Positions 12,631 through 25,875 of a stretch of 64,000 nt of DNA are shown piece after piece; within the stretch, counting starts at the first letter, position 1, and each line of letters opens with the position of its first letter. The translations under genes were made by a program, and so were the position numbers. Below the pieces are notes generated by a model, which worked only from the letters and a program-made list of their open reading frames with translations, ran no database searches and was not told the origin of the DNA. The stretch spans positions 333,254 through 397,253 of the forward strand of contig NMRA01000426.1 of the NCBI GenBank assembly GCA_002633005.1, given 5' to 3'. Source of the DNA: Phoronis australis. Lineage: Eukaryota; Animalia; Phoronida.

Positions 12631-15376
12631 TTTTAAAGAGGTGCCTGCAAAACTTTCCACTGCTCTACAGTTGTAGTCGAGGTTATCGTAGTTACAGTTT
12701 AATAGCGAATTAGCTGTAACTTTCAACGTCGGATATAGGCGATTTCAAATAAAATCACAAACACAAAGCAGTTTGTTTTAGTAACTTTTTTAAGGCTAGT
12801 TACTGAACAACTATCGAAGTATTGCCTGACATAAGTCTGTGTAGTTCTTTGTGTATGTTATTCGGGCTTCATTATCGCCGGTTATGCCACTTTAAGAGTT
12901 GATGGCAGTTGATTGCATCCACCATTCTGTACCACTATTTTACTCACAAAACTCATTTGTGTTTCGAAAGGAAATTCAAAGAAGATAACGCCATCGCCAA
13001 CATGAACCAATGCCTTGTACAGCTACATAACTTTGTTTCAACATGGGAGAGGCAATTTCAACGGAGCGTTACTTAGTAATGAATTATACACAGGCATAAT
13101 CTTAATGTGAAATAAATGTATGAGAAAATAACTCCATGTGCTGCATAGTAAGACTATGCCGCTGCATATTAAGACTATGCTGACAGTCGACGCATCATTT
13201 TGCGGCTTCAAAATTCACTTCAACAAGACAATCGCATTATTATGGAATTAATACTCTGGTCTAGACAAACTCCAGCCTACCGCGTGTTTCCAGCAAGCAA
13301 TCCATTAATCTGAGAGGTTTCCTCATTCAAACAATGAATGCAGAGAGCAAGGAAAACGACGTCAAATCTCTAAAAATCGATAGCGATAGGCAAAGCAAAC
13401 CACGGTTTAAACGTATAAGTTATGTTTTTTCAGTAGCTGTAAAACGATTTTGAAATACGATATTTGTGTTTTCGACACTTCTTAGGGGAAGTAATTATCT
13501 GTTACTAACAACAGATTTCAGAAATTGTTAGACCGGCGTTCGATTGACAAAATATATAATGTCCTGTTACTTATTGTATGTGTTTATACGAGGTTCGCAA
13601 ATGAGTTGTCAAAGTTTTAAATATGAAGCCATTTTGTGTCACGTTGCATTCTAGATGCAGCAGACACACCAATCTCATTTAAAAAACTGGTTTAAGTTAC
13701 TAGACGAGATAACATAAAACGACATACATTACCTATAAAACGACATTTCGAGCTGCGGCAAAATGAATTCCCAGCAACCTGCAATATTATTCTAGTCTAG
13801 TTTTACCCGGGAATGTAGCATCCAACTTGAGAACTGAAGCAATAGCTTTCATCTCCTCTCATATCATTACGAGCCGGGGTTACGAGCCGCGCTGCAACAT
13901 CATTAAACGTCATCTAAAGAAACCATCATGTCGAGCAGTCGAAACCACACTACTGAGTTCAAGCTTAACAACGAAATCCCCTTGTCACGTGCGGGTCGAT
14001 TTACCGGTAACACGCGAGCGCGTGATCGTTAAAATGGGTTGCAACACAACTGCATTGAAACCTCCAACTATTCACAAGACCGTTTAATATTCCAATGGCT
14101 TGTTTGAAGAACATTAACTGTTCAGTGGAGAATCATTATTAACGGTTGTGAACCAACATCTAGTCATGCATACGAAATGAGTCAAGATTTGTGCGCCAAG
14201 CTACTGAAATTTTCCATTTACACGCCGTTTATAACCATAATAACGCAATTTACTTAATAACATTGCCGCAACAAGGGACACAAGGAGGTCGATGATCGAA
14301 ATTAACGTAGCAATTAATTAATGGGACTCGTTGTTTAATAGAATACCGTTAATAATTAACACCGTTGTAAATATGCAAAAAACTGGAAGCAATGTATTAT
14401 ATTATTTCTCCATATTCAAAAATCGGACACGACAAGAAATAAAAAACGCCGTCGGCATGCTGTTTTAAGGGATTCGCGGACATTTCTTCTTGACCCCCCT
14501 CCCCCCTTACGACATCATTTATCCGCCAGTGCTACGGTCTTACTAGCTTCAAACTGCGCATGAATTTAAAAAGGTTGGTCATTGTCTGTAACGAACTACA
14601 TCACTAAAATTTAGTGAAATAAACGCCACAAAACGTTTTGAATTTTGGGCTCATTTGAGATAAGCAAGTATTAAATTTGTTAAGGATTTCCGATTTCGTC
14701 ACAGTAGGAGCGCTAGTCATGGAGTGAGATGTTACTGAGTGCAGTGTTTTTAACATATGAAAAAATCGATTGAATGCGCTCTCGAACAAACAGACGTCGC
14801 GTGGTTAGCAACGAAGTACTTGAGGATATTTTTGTATTTAGTAAAACATTCAAATATATACATAGGCGCAATACATGCAGGTTTGGTAGTAAGCCACTTA
14901 AGATTTTCAACTAAAAAGTGAACATGAAAAAATCCATTTACGTTATCCCTTGATTCCATTTTGCATTCTCTCACTAGGCGGAGCTTTTGCAAGGATGTCT
15001 TCCAGTTAGCTAATCCGTAATTTATTACGCCTTCGACAGTGCATTATACCCAGCGACGTCGTTTTCATGAAAATTAATGTAACGTTTATCTTTCGTCTGC
15101 AGACTTTGTTTCGGCTAAACGAGAAAGCGAACGTGTTAGTCATCAATTATAAGTCGTGTTCCATCTTTTCGTTTCGGGTCCGCGTGCCTCCCGATCACAA
15201 GCAGCACTGATGGGTGAACACACCAAGCCTAGTGAAATCTGCAAGGTATTGTTTAGGTAATTTATTTATTCTCTAAAATAATTATTTGCTATTCCAGGGT
15301 CCTTAAGCAAGTGAGGGTGCTGGAAGCGTTTGCTCCAGAAAAAATCATGTACAATAAGTATCATGCCTGTCGGCCA

Positions 15377-16680
15377 CAGTGACGGAACTACGGGGGGGGG
15401 GGTTCAGGGGGTTTAAACCCCCCTTGGCCCATGACCCAAAAATAAAAAAACGTCTCCAGCAAAACTAAAACGGCACCGCTAGCGTGTGTAACCCTCAAGT
15501 AAACCAACTTGGAAAATATTGAGGGGGGGGTTTACTCTGAAAATATAATTTTTTGCATTGTGAATTGCTGAGTCTTCGTGGCTCACCGGCAAAACGCGCG
15601 GAGATTAATTGTGCGTGCGCTTCCGTCGACACTTCTGAAGTAGCCAAGCATTTTAGATGGATCCACCGCTGAAAGAGCAGTTCTATACCTGATTTCTTTA
15701 GGTAACTATCATCTTTACTCTAAGATATGTTTTGATTTGATGAGGGGAAATAGTGTGGTGCCGCAACCCTCATATTCAGATATTCAGGCGAATTGACGTG
15801 CAACGTTTTTACCTCATCTGTCATGCCGTGTCATTTTATTACACTCCACACGTTTGTAACTGATGTATAGTAAAGTTGTCTTGCGCAATATCATACAGTG
15901 TACATGTACATGTGATATTTTTGAAAAAAAATCTTTTTCCGAAGAATTGCTATTGTGGCGGGCGCCGTGGTCTGCTCGCAAGTCCGTTTGAAGATACACT
16001 CTAACAAGTTATGTCTATACAAGGAATGACCAAGGGGGCACTCACATTGACAAAGTGACCGCATTCGCGAACAGTGTACAGTACCAGAAATTGCAGGGAG
16101 GCTGTTCTTTCACAACAAAGTCTTGCGGGACTCGTGCGATGTTCAATAGGCCTCCAAAGGAGCCCTAGTTCCGAATTCAACACATACCGTCTTTCTACAA
16201 GCAATAAGCACACTGCAGTCTTCTATACTGGAAATTTCCGCAGAAAGGCCCATCCGATGAAACGCTCATGCCCATGGGCACTTATTTGATATTAGTACTT
16301 CTGGTTTCAAGCGTTCAGACATTGTGACTTTTATTTCGAAAATTGCAAGAAATGCAAATAGGTCCTGGGATACATCGTCAAGGTTTGGAGTAGTCCATGA
16401 TGAACGGATCAAATTTAAATGCGCATGTAAGTCTTTTGAATGGACTTGGCAACCTCAAGGGTCTTAGTGCCAACTGAGCTGCGAAACGAGATGCTGACAT
16501 TGTAGAGGCTTACAAGCTCATTGCCACAGCAGTTGACGAAGTGCAAGCGTTGGGAACAAACATCGAAGATATCTGGGTAGAATGGTTTCAAGACGAGCAA
16601 ACCAATGGATCCGGTATACAAATTTCCTCGGCAGTCTAGACAACAGAAGGATAGGACTAACGTATGAGTAACCACTGGGG
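15377..16680 (+). mobile_element. Truncated hAT transposon relic (PRKRIR/ZMYM-like transposase fragment)
   Basis: CAGTGACGGAACTAC plus poly-G terminus. About 16430-16600 translates LGNLKGLSAN*AAKRDADIVEAYKLIATAVDEVQALGTNIEDIWVEWF, resembling the LS..LQ...DI..AY hAT segment. No matching right end found. Confidence 0.6.
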
Positions 16681-17189
16681 ATTAAAAATTTTAGAGAGAA
16701 GTTTTCAATTCAAAATTTTTTGCATAGTACACTTTAGGTCTCGCGACGGACCAGGCCAGCTTGATTTGTGTAGATGTTGAGTTTCAGTGTACTTCTGATC
16801 CCTCGGCAAACTAGTCTTGTGGTTTTTTTACCAAAGTGTGCTTTGTAAAACTATTTATCTCAGACAGTACTGTTTGGTCCCTCGACAGATCGACTATTTT
16901 TATAGGGATAATAAGCACAGGTGTACTCTTGGTCTCGTGACGGCCCAGGTCAGCCTTTTTGTGTACTCTCAGTATACATCTGGTCCCTCTGCAAACTAGT
17001 CCAGTGTATCTTTTCACCACTGTGCACATGATGTTTTGGTTTCGTGAAACTATTTTCAGATGATTTATTTCCTGATACATTTGACGTTTTTCAATTGTTG
17101 TCAACGTGATTCAGCTTAATAAAGTGATACTTAATTATTTATTGTCGCTTTTAATAATAGACTATGAGTTGAGAGCACCATATGCGAGT

Positions 17190-17575
17190 AGAACCACCCC
17201 TGATTGGATGTTTTGACGAGTAGAACCACTATCCCTGATAGGACGTCTTGACGAGTAGAACCACTATCCTGCATGGATGTTTTGACGAGTAGAACCACTA
17301 TCCCTGATTGGATGTTTTGACGAGTAGAACCACTATCCCTGATTGGATGTTTTGACGAGTACAACCACTACCCCCTGATTGGAGGTTTTGACGAGTAGAA
17401 CCTTTACTCCTGATTGGGTGTTTTGACGAGTAGAACCACCACTGCTGATTGGATGTTTTGACGAGTAGAATCACGACCCTTGATTGGATGTTTTGACGAG
17501 TAAATCCAATAGCTACCCCTGATTGGATGTTTTGACGCGTTGAACAACAACCCCTGATTGGATGTTTTGACGAGA
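17190..17575. repeat. ~35-bp minisatellite
   Basis: Unit gacgagtagaaccactatccctgattggatgtttt. Confidence 0.95.
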
Positions 17576-17589
17576 AGAAAGAGCGTGCT

Positions 17590-18840
17590 CAGGAAAATCC
17601 AAATCTGCGGAAATACTGGTCGCATAGATGCCACAGAAAATAGACCATACGTCTAGCCACAAGTATGCAATTTGACACATTGCACCTACCCAATACCGTC
17701 AAAAATGAGAACACCGGAGCAAGCACTACTACGGTCCATGACAAATGTTTCTGTGGCCAGACAGACGGAAGAGTATTGTGACGTATTCACAAGCCTCAGT
17801 CGTCAATCACAGTCAGGTGAAGGTTCGACCGTCTCATCAAAGATAAAAATGGCTTGTCAGTGGTTCACAAACAACTATGACGTAAAACTTTGATCGAAAA
17901 ACAGGGCGTGCCCACCACATGGTGAAAAAATCCTGTAGTCACAACAAAGCCAAACAACCCTGAAGCTTCTCGCTATCGTTCTGACATGAGGTCAGTCAAG
18001 GTCCTGTGACAGAGGTTCCGATCGTAGACAAAGTCAAGGCGAATTAAAACTTAGTAATTCACGAGTCTTTAGCGTTTTGGACACATATGATGAGCGACAC
18101 AGCTTTGAACTATGGCACATATCATGGACGATACCATGGCTGGCTTTCAAAATGTATTACAAATACGGGATGACTTCGTTGTTCTTGGTATGACCCATGA
18201 AGATCACGACACAGCACTGCGCGCTCTACTGCAATGTTTTCGTCAGAGTTCTGTTTGATGTTTAAGCGCACGAAGTGCATAGTTCTGCTTACCAGAAATT
18301 CAATTCTTTGAATGTGTTTTCTCCAAAGATGGTCTTAATCTCACACCAACCCCTGTCGAGGTTCTCCAGAAGGTATCTTCGTCTGCATCAGCGCCGGACG
18401 TGCAATCGTTACTAGAGGTGGCGTAGTAGGCCTACTCGTCACAGTTCATCCCCAACTTCTCTGAGCTGACGAACCTCTTCGTTATTTGACGCGCACCACG
18501 GTCAAAAGCGGAAGTGCACTAGCATCGAAGAACAGGCCCTTGAGCAGCTCACAAGTGCGGTCATGGCGTTCCAGGGATTCTGTACACGGGCGTGGAAGAA
18601 ATTCCTGCTGCTAAGGACTCTGTCGTGTCACTGGATCATTCTGTCATGGACAGAAGTGACCGTGAGATGACCAGACAAAGTGCTCTTGGGAATCCTTGAT
18701 CTTTCTGGATAGAGATGACCAGACAAGCGAAGCAGGTGACTGAGGTTGCGCACTTATGTGTGTACAGTATCCGTTGGTTCAAATTCCACGCAAAAAGATC
18801 AACAACAGAGGAATGAGGCCAAAATGGCTGTGCGTCTACG
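17590..18840 (+). mobile_element. Highly decayed Ty3/Gypsy relic
   Basis: PTTW*KNPVVTTKPNNPE..DMR, QIRDDFVVLG..HEDHD, CVFSKDGL, QFIPNFSELT and a C-terminal RPKWL. Many stops and deletions. Confidence 0.8.
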
Positions 18841-19174
18841 ACCTCTCTCAGAGAGAATCCAATGACCATATATACGTAAGAGAGCTATATATACCCAAAC
18901 GAATTTCAAATCAGGTTTTTTTGCGCAATTGTGCTCGATATATGTGGCCTGCGCATATCCGATGCAATTTAGGCATCGGACTACATGCATACTTTATAGA
19001 CGAACCTCACCGTATCGAGAGAACGCCAAAATGTTCGTATATGGATTCACTTACTCAGTCATCGTGTGAGCACTGCCATTGGATGGTACATTTCAATGCT
19101 CAGCGTTCCTTTTGTAATATTGAGTTACAACATTATGTAGACTTCTGTTAGTTTGAATCGGCAATCTGGAGAGC

Positions 19175-19283
19175 AAAACTTGAGATTAAACAATGAACCT
19201 TTTAAAAGATTCATTGTTTAATCTCAAGTTTTACTTTGCTTTCATGCTATACTTAAAAGTATAGCATGAAAGCAAAGTAAAAC
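19175..19283. repeat. Two overlapping near-perfect palindromes (29-bp and 27-bp arms)
   Basis: 19175-19232 has one mismatch and no spacer. 19228-19283 is perfect with a 2-nt spacer. Confidence 0.95.
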
Positions 19284-21434
19284 AACTGTGGCATATTTAA
19301 TGTAATAATGAAAAACTTAATTCCGTGGCATACAACATTGCATATAGGCTTAATAAATGAAGATCACAACGAAAACCTCATCCCCTGCAAAACATGACCA
19401 CGCTGTCGCTGGACGTCAGTGAAGATTTTTCAGTAAGGCTGTCGTTTGTTTGTGTACATGTTTATCAGGTCGGTGAAGCCCCGTGAAATGTTAAACCTTG
19501 GAAGCGTGAGACGGCAAGTTTTGGATTAAGTTAATTTTGCAAGAAAGTGAACCAGTTTCACGATATATGCTGTGATGGAGGTATTCTAATGAACCACCCG
19601 ATGACGTCACGAGTCTAAACTCCGTCATAAATCGTGAACTCTCCAAACCCCCTCCTCCCTCGTGTGATGACGTAATAGGTATACGCCCACCAATTTGTGA
19701 TGCATGGGTTGACTCTTGCAGACGCTCACGAGGAGCGGAGACGTTGTCATACAAGGTGTACTGAGAGCAAGTGCAACCGACCGACCAGATGGCGTTTTTA
19801 GTCGCATAAAGTAAAAACCCAAAATACAGGACTAAGGTGTATTTAATTCGGGTACATTTAATCATCAGCTCTCTCCAGCCATTAGTATCAGGACTTGAGA
19901 TAGTCCACAGTAATTTTGTTCTGCAATAAGGCGGTATACATTCCACTTATAAGACGAAAATTGAAAAATAATCTTAATCCACATTCAGACAACGCTTATA
20001 TACAAAAACAATACAATACAAATATGACACCTTTTCCAGACTAAATTGTTCATAAATACACCAGAGAGGGCTTTAAATAACAACCAAATGCAGCAGGGTA
20101 CCGTGAACTACACATTTGATTCATACATTTGCAGCTATTCCAAGAGCTACACATAATGCAGTTAAAATTAAAATACTTTCCTTCCCACTATGGTATAATT
20201 ACTCAGTAGTATCATATTTAAAGTAATAAACGAGTTATACAATGGAATGGCTATCCAAGCTTGGCATTAACAAAATGTTCACACAAATACAAGCCTCATA
20301 ACATTTCATTAAATAAAAATATAGTCATGAAAATACAACAGGGCACATTCAGTGAACAGGCTGCCCTGAAAGGCTGAACAGAAGACCTGCTTTGACACTA
20401 CTAAAATGAGGAATTTTGAAAAACAACCACAACAAACTACAGGTACTTTATCACATTACCATGGTGATAACACTAAAATTAAGAGCAGAAGATACAAAGA
20501 GAATCCGAACAAATGTTCACACACAGTAAGAAAAGAATGTGTAACTAAGTTTGTGAATCGTTTGTATTCTGTAGACAAAGACACCCTGTGACTCTTGATG
20601 TGTTGATGACATACATATAGTCTGTAAACTAGTACCACCACAGGCAATATGCTGACATACATATAGTCTGTAAACTAGTACCACCAGAGGCAATATGCCA
20701 GCCTCTTCAAATACTCAACCATTACATTCTACAGTACACTTTATGACCCAAACAAAGGACTTAAGGTCAGTTTCCATAAGCACATTACCCATGTTATGTG
20801 ATCCAAAATGCATTTAAATCACTTATTGTTATGCAAGACATTATCCATCTGTACATGTAGACAAATTTCTATAAAACTGGAGAGTTTAACTCAGAAAAGG
20901 TACATATTTCCTGGAAGTAGGGCTGCCGAATTTGATTATTGGTTTTAAAATCCAACCGCTTGGGTCATGTGACCATGTCTTTTCAGTAAAACTTACAAAA
21001 CCACATCAAGAACATGACCACCCCTTCAAGATTAAATCTCAAAAAAACTGTTACACAGCTTTCTAAATCATCACTCCATTTGCCTTTTAAGAAACATTTT
21101 TTTCTCATAAAAATAATAAAAATCCAATTTTTGACATCCCCTCATACAAAGGTGGATCATTTTAAAAAAAAACTAATTGTTGAACAGGGTACAAAGTATT
21201 TGAATGTTTGATATGAATTGTTGAACAGTGTACAAAGTATTTGAATGTTTGATATGAATCCTACCGGACATTTCTGAGGCATGATTGAAGTTCGCCAAAT
21301 TTGGTCATTTTCCTGGAGCATTAAAATAACAGTTGTTTGCATTGTTGCAAAAACATAAATGCACAATCCACTTTGAGTTTAATTTGAAATGGATTGTGTT
21401 GCCATTGAACAATTAAATGCCCACACTGGAGGCG

Positions 21435-21680
21435 GTGAGTGAAGGTCTACTGGACCTATGAGTGAAGGTTTACTGGACCTGTGAGTGAAGGTTTACTGGA
21501 CCAGTGAGTAAAGGTTTACTGGACCTGTGAGTGAAGGTTTACTGGACCTGAGATTGAAGGTTTACTGGACCTGTGAGTGAAAGTTTACTGGACCTGTGAG
21601 TGAAGGTCTACTAGACCTGCGAGTGAAGGTTTACTAGACCTGTGAGTGAAAGTTTACTGAACCTGTGAGTGAAAGTTTAC
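21435..21680. repeat. 23-bp minisatellite, probably in the receptor 3' UTR
   Basis: Unit gtgagtgaaggtttactggacct. Confidence 0.95.
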
Positions 21681-22117
21681 CTGAGTCAGTTGGATTGTAA
21701 CAAATGTGCCAAGTGAATACTCTAAATCGCATCATTTTATAGAAATGTGGAACTGTGAAATACATCGGTTATCAAAATGGGTAAATGCATTGTGCTTCAA
21801 TGACCTACTTATGGTAACGAGGCTGTATGAAACCTTAGTCACCTCTCAACAGAAACACTTCATTGTTAGGCTTTATAAATGCATCACTTCTCAAAAAATA
21901 TTTCATCATAAGGCTTTGTGAATCTATCACTTCTCAACAAATATCTAATTACAAGGCTTCGCCATTGATTCACTTCTCAATAGAAACATTTCATAACCAG
22001 GATTTGTTGTCATCCAAAACAATTTCACAGCATTAAATAATGTCATGCCTGCAACGGCAGACACAACAACGGGCAGTCCAAACAATGCATCAAGCCGTCA
22101 CCAGGTGGCGTTAAAAA

Positions 22118-22532
22118 TTATGGGCCGCCATAATTCTGGTTTTCAATAGTGGTGAGCCCGTCCAGATGACCTGCGGTGGCACCATGTTCAATGTGCACCA
22201 CGTCTGGCTTGTCTGTCTCATAGTACGCATGGTCCTCTGTGTCTGAGTGGTCATGCATGTTCACGGTCAGCTGAGTCCGTGAGTTATCGTCCACTTCCTC
22301 ATACAGTCCCGGAACATCGGTGTTCTTGGATGGCCGGCCATTGGTCAACAGGTTCTTCGCCTGATGTACATCCCCATGGTGATCATTCTTGTTGTACTTA
22401 TCCTTTGACTTCTGGAACAACCCAAACCTACTCTTGCCAGAGACTGTCTCTATTGGTTGAGTGGTCGGCCCATACACCTGGTCATTGTGCACAGCAGGTG
22501 GACGACGAGGCGTACCTTTACCCCTCTTGTGC
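22118..22532 (-). CDS. CUB-sushi-TM receptor, last coding exon (cytoplasmic tail HKRGKG...GLYEEV...HAYYET...IENQNYGGP*)
   Basis: Acceptor ccatatacag|G continues RR-HKRGK in phase 2 and lies within ORF 22118..22570. The spliced CDS totals 1188 nt (395 aa plus stop). Confidence 0.88.
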
Positions 22533-23027
22533 CTGTATATGGATAGCAGCATTTTAGACATGTTTAACACAAGTCTACCTTGTTAAGTGATATATCCACA
22601 ATATTGCTGAATGCATAATAACACATAACAGACTTTTTAATGCATAATAACACATAACAGACTTTTTAATGCATATTAACACATAACAGACTTTTTAAAT
22701 TGTCATCTCCAAAAGCTTCACCTATATTTTCAACAGTGAAATTCAGAAGAGCTGACTCACCAGGTTTTGTTAAACTGACACACCTGATCAATAACTTTGG
22801 TGACATAATACAAATACATGCACAAGACAGGTGAAATGCTCAGATAAATTTTGTTTGCATTGAAATTTGCCGGATTGACAAAACAAGGTGAAAAGATGTT
22901 ATTTGATGCATAAGGTGGCATGAGAACATTAGGAATTAAGTTTGGGTAGTTTGTAAAGCACAATGTTGGAACAAGCTGTCGGTCAGTTTAAAGTGTTCAG
23001 GAATCTGAAGCAGTCTAAGACTACTTT

Positions 23028-23692
23028 ATGTTACATTATTAATGAGGGACAGAGGCGATGTCACTTAATTGATGTATGTTCATGTTACATTACTAATGAG
23101 GGACAGAGGTGATGTCACTTAATTGATGTATGTTCATGTTACATTACTAATGAGGGACAGAGGCGATGTCACTTAATTGATGTATGTTCATGTTACATTA
23201 CTAATGAGGGACAGAGGCGATGTCACTTAATTGATGTATGTTGATGTTACATTACTAATGAGGGACAGAGGCGATGTCACTTAATTGATGTATGTTCATG
23301 TTACATTACTAATGAGGGACAGAGGCGATGTCACTTAATTGATGTATGTTCATGTTACATTACTAATGAGGGACAGAGGCGATGTCACTTAATTGATGTA
23401 TGTTCATGTTACATTACTAATGAGGGACAGAGGCGATGTCACTTAATTGATGTATGTTCATGTTACATTACTAATGAGGGACAGAGGCGATGTCACTTAA
23501 TTGATGTATGTTCATGTTACATTACTAATGAGGGACAGAGGCGATGTCACTTAATTGATGTATGTTGATGTTACATTACTAATGAGGGACAGAGGCGATG
23601 TCACTTAACTGATGTATGTTGATGTTACATTACTAATGAGGGACAGAGGCGATGTCACTTAACTGATGTATGTTCATGTTACATTACTAATG
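23028..23692. repeat. Homogeneous 54-bp intronic minisatellite (~12 copies)
   Basis: Unit atgttacattactaatgagggacagaggcgatgtcacttaattgatgtatgttc. Confidence 0.97.
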
Positions 23693-23716
23693 TAACATAC
23701 ATGGTGTAGCACCTAC

Positions 23717-23792
23717 CTTCTCCAGAAGAATATTGCCAGCACCACCAGAAGAATTGCCACCAACAGACCCAGAATGACTCCAGCAACCACAC
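23717..23792 (-). CDS. CUB-sushi-TM receptor, coding exon 6 (transmembrane helix GVVAGVILGLLVAILLVVLAIFFWRR)
   Basis: Acceptor gttgatccag|, donor AG|GTAGGT, hydrophobic helix followed by basic stop-transfer residues. Phase 1 to 2. Confidence 0.92.
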
Positions 23793-24893
23793 CTGGATCA
23801 ACAGAACAATAATTAACAGTTACGAAATAAACTTGCACACTGACAGGAAACTAAGCCAGAGTTATAAGCACATGAATACCCTACTTCTTCCAATCCAATC
23901 CAAATAAAGAAAAAAACGTTAGATTAGAGATAATACTTTTTCAAAAACAAGAGAGGGAACTGATTGGCAGAACTGTAAAAACTGATAGCCATTGACCTTT
24001 TCTTAGATCTCTTAAAACTGTGCAGCACTTCCAGACTAATGCCCTGTCTGCACAGTGCCTTCAGTTGTATACCACTTCCTACACAAATCTCACATACAAC
24101 AGTTGTATAAGACTTTCGTATACGGCTGTCCTATATGACTATTGTATACGACTGTTGTACATGACTCATACAACAGTTGTATAAGACTTTCGTATACGGC
24201 TGTCCTATATGACTATTGTATACGACTGTTGTACATGACTGTCATAAAGACCATCGTATACGGCTTTCATTTACAACTGTTGTTATAGAATACGATGGTC
24301 GCATATGACTATCGTTTACGACTACTTAGAGTGTGTTTCTGACGTGAATTTTCGAGTTAAAATGTCGTACATTATTTGTCTTTGAGCAAAGTTAAATTTG
24401 TTGTGATTTTTATTCAACTCAGGGGAAAATAATTGTCTTCTCAGCTTCATTGTCAAAACAATCAGTGTGTAGACAACTTCATGGGAAGCCAGCAGGCATT
24501 CCACCTATGAAATGACTCGCACCTCTTAGTCAAACACTTTTGCTTTTCTTTGCACCCATGCTAACAACACCTTACATATTTAAATGCTTTAAATACAAAC
24601 ACCATGCATGTTTATACACTGTAATTACAGTTTACATCTGTAAACATATTATTAATTTAACTGAAATGTCTGGAATAACTAAAAAGTATGATGATTCTTC
24701 ATGCCAAACCTCTAAAACAGGCAGATAGGTAGCTGTTATGATCAGATCTATTGAACTAACCTATTGATGCATGACTGCAGAGTACACTCCCATGATTATG
24801 TCAAGCGTGGTACACACAGAAATATTACAACAGACAATTAGAACCTGCACAATAAAGATAAGATGCACCTAACACTCAAAAGTGTAGACTCAC

Positions 24894-24941
24894 CTCCATT
24901 AGGCCCATCATTGCCTTGCTGAGGTTTAATGGTGGTCTCAC
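24894..24941 (-). CDS. CUB-sushi-TM receptor, coding exon 5 (stalk GETTIKPQQGNDGPNG)
   Basis: Acceptor ttcctttcag|, donor G|GTGAGT, 48 nt, phase 1-1, no stop. Confidence 0.75.
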
Positions 24942-25079
24942 CTGAAAGGAAACACACACATACATATACATATATATACATACATTATATATATATATAC
25001 ATACATATATAGACAGCGCAGTACATGTAACAGAATCCAAACAACTTGGAAGGAACTGTTAGGTTTTGAGCGTGTATCA

Positions 25080-25875
25080 CCGTTTTGAGAGTAGATGGCG
25101 GTTTTGAGAGTATATGGCCATTTCGAGAGTATACTGCCATTTTGAGAGTATATGGCCATTTTGAGAGCATATGGCCTTTTTGAGAGTATATGGTAATTTT
25201 GACAGCATATGGCCATTTTGAGAGCACACGGCCATTTTGACAGCATATGGTCATTTTGAGAGTCAGGGCTTGGAATGACCAATGACAAAAAACGCGGAAA
25301 CTTTGAAACTTTTACGGCCCAAATCATGCCCGATAACCAGCCTTGAAATGGTCGAAGTGAACCAAAAATCGGGAGGACATCAGTAGCATGCGTCTGCGTC
25401 CTTTTAACTCGCCCGTCCACTCCCAACCCACAAATTTTTGGCTGCAGAGCGGTAGTATTTGTCGCCGCGCTTAACAATAACACGAGACGCCATTGAAAAT
25501 CCCACCACGCTGTCCCAGATGCCCCGGCAATGTTGACAATTTACGTTCCTCCGAAACATAAAGAGCAACTTCCGCTTTTCGAGGTGAACATCGTCTGCAA
25601 CGCCGCAGTAAGAAAGGAATTTGCCGCGGAAATTTTATATCAAATCCGATTTTTTTACGCGGAAATATTATAAAAAAAGCGTAAAGCACATTTGAAAAAA
25701 GCGGAAATCCGCGTTTCAGCGGAAAATTCCAAGCCCAGGAGAGTATATGGCCATTTTGAGAGCACATGGCCATTTTGAGACTATATGGCCGTTTTGAAAG
25801 AATATGGCCATTTTGAGAGAATATATGGTCGTTTTGAAAGCATATGGCCATTTTGAGAGTATGTGGTGGTTTTGA
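25080..25875. repeat. ~20-bp satellite split by a MITE
   Basis: Unit ttttgagagtatatggcca on both sides of 25264-25738. Confidence 0.9.
25264..25738. mobile_element. 475-bp hAT-like MITE with 6-bp TSD, inside a 20-bp satellite
   Basis: TIR CAGGGCTTGGAAT / ATTCCAAGCCCAG. GAGAGT is duplicated relative to the satellite unit. GCGGAA subterminal repeats. Confidence 0.8.

Noticed and set aside
15375-15381. CACAGTG as an RSS heptamer of a RAG-like transposon
   Set aside because: No nonamer at 12/23 spacing. It is the CAGTG end of a hAT-like element preceded by CA.
23028-23692. Regular repeat arrays as a possible CRISPR-like locus (also 9701-10432 and 17190-17575)
   Set aside because: Units are contiguous with no unique spacers, there are no cas genes, and the context is eukaryotic.
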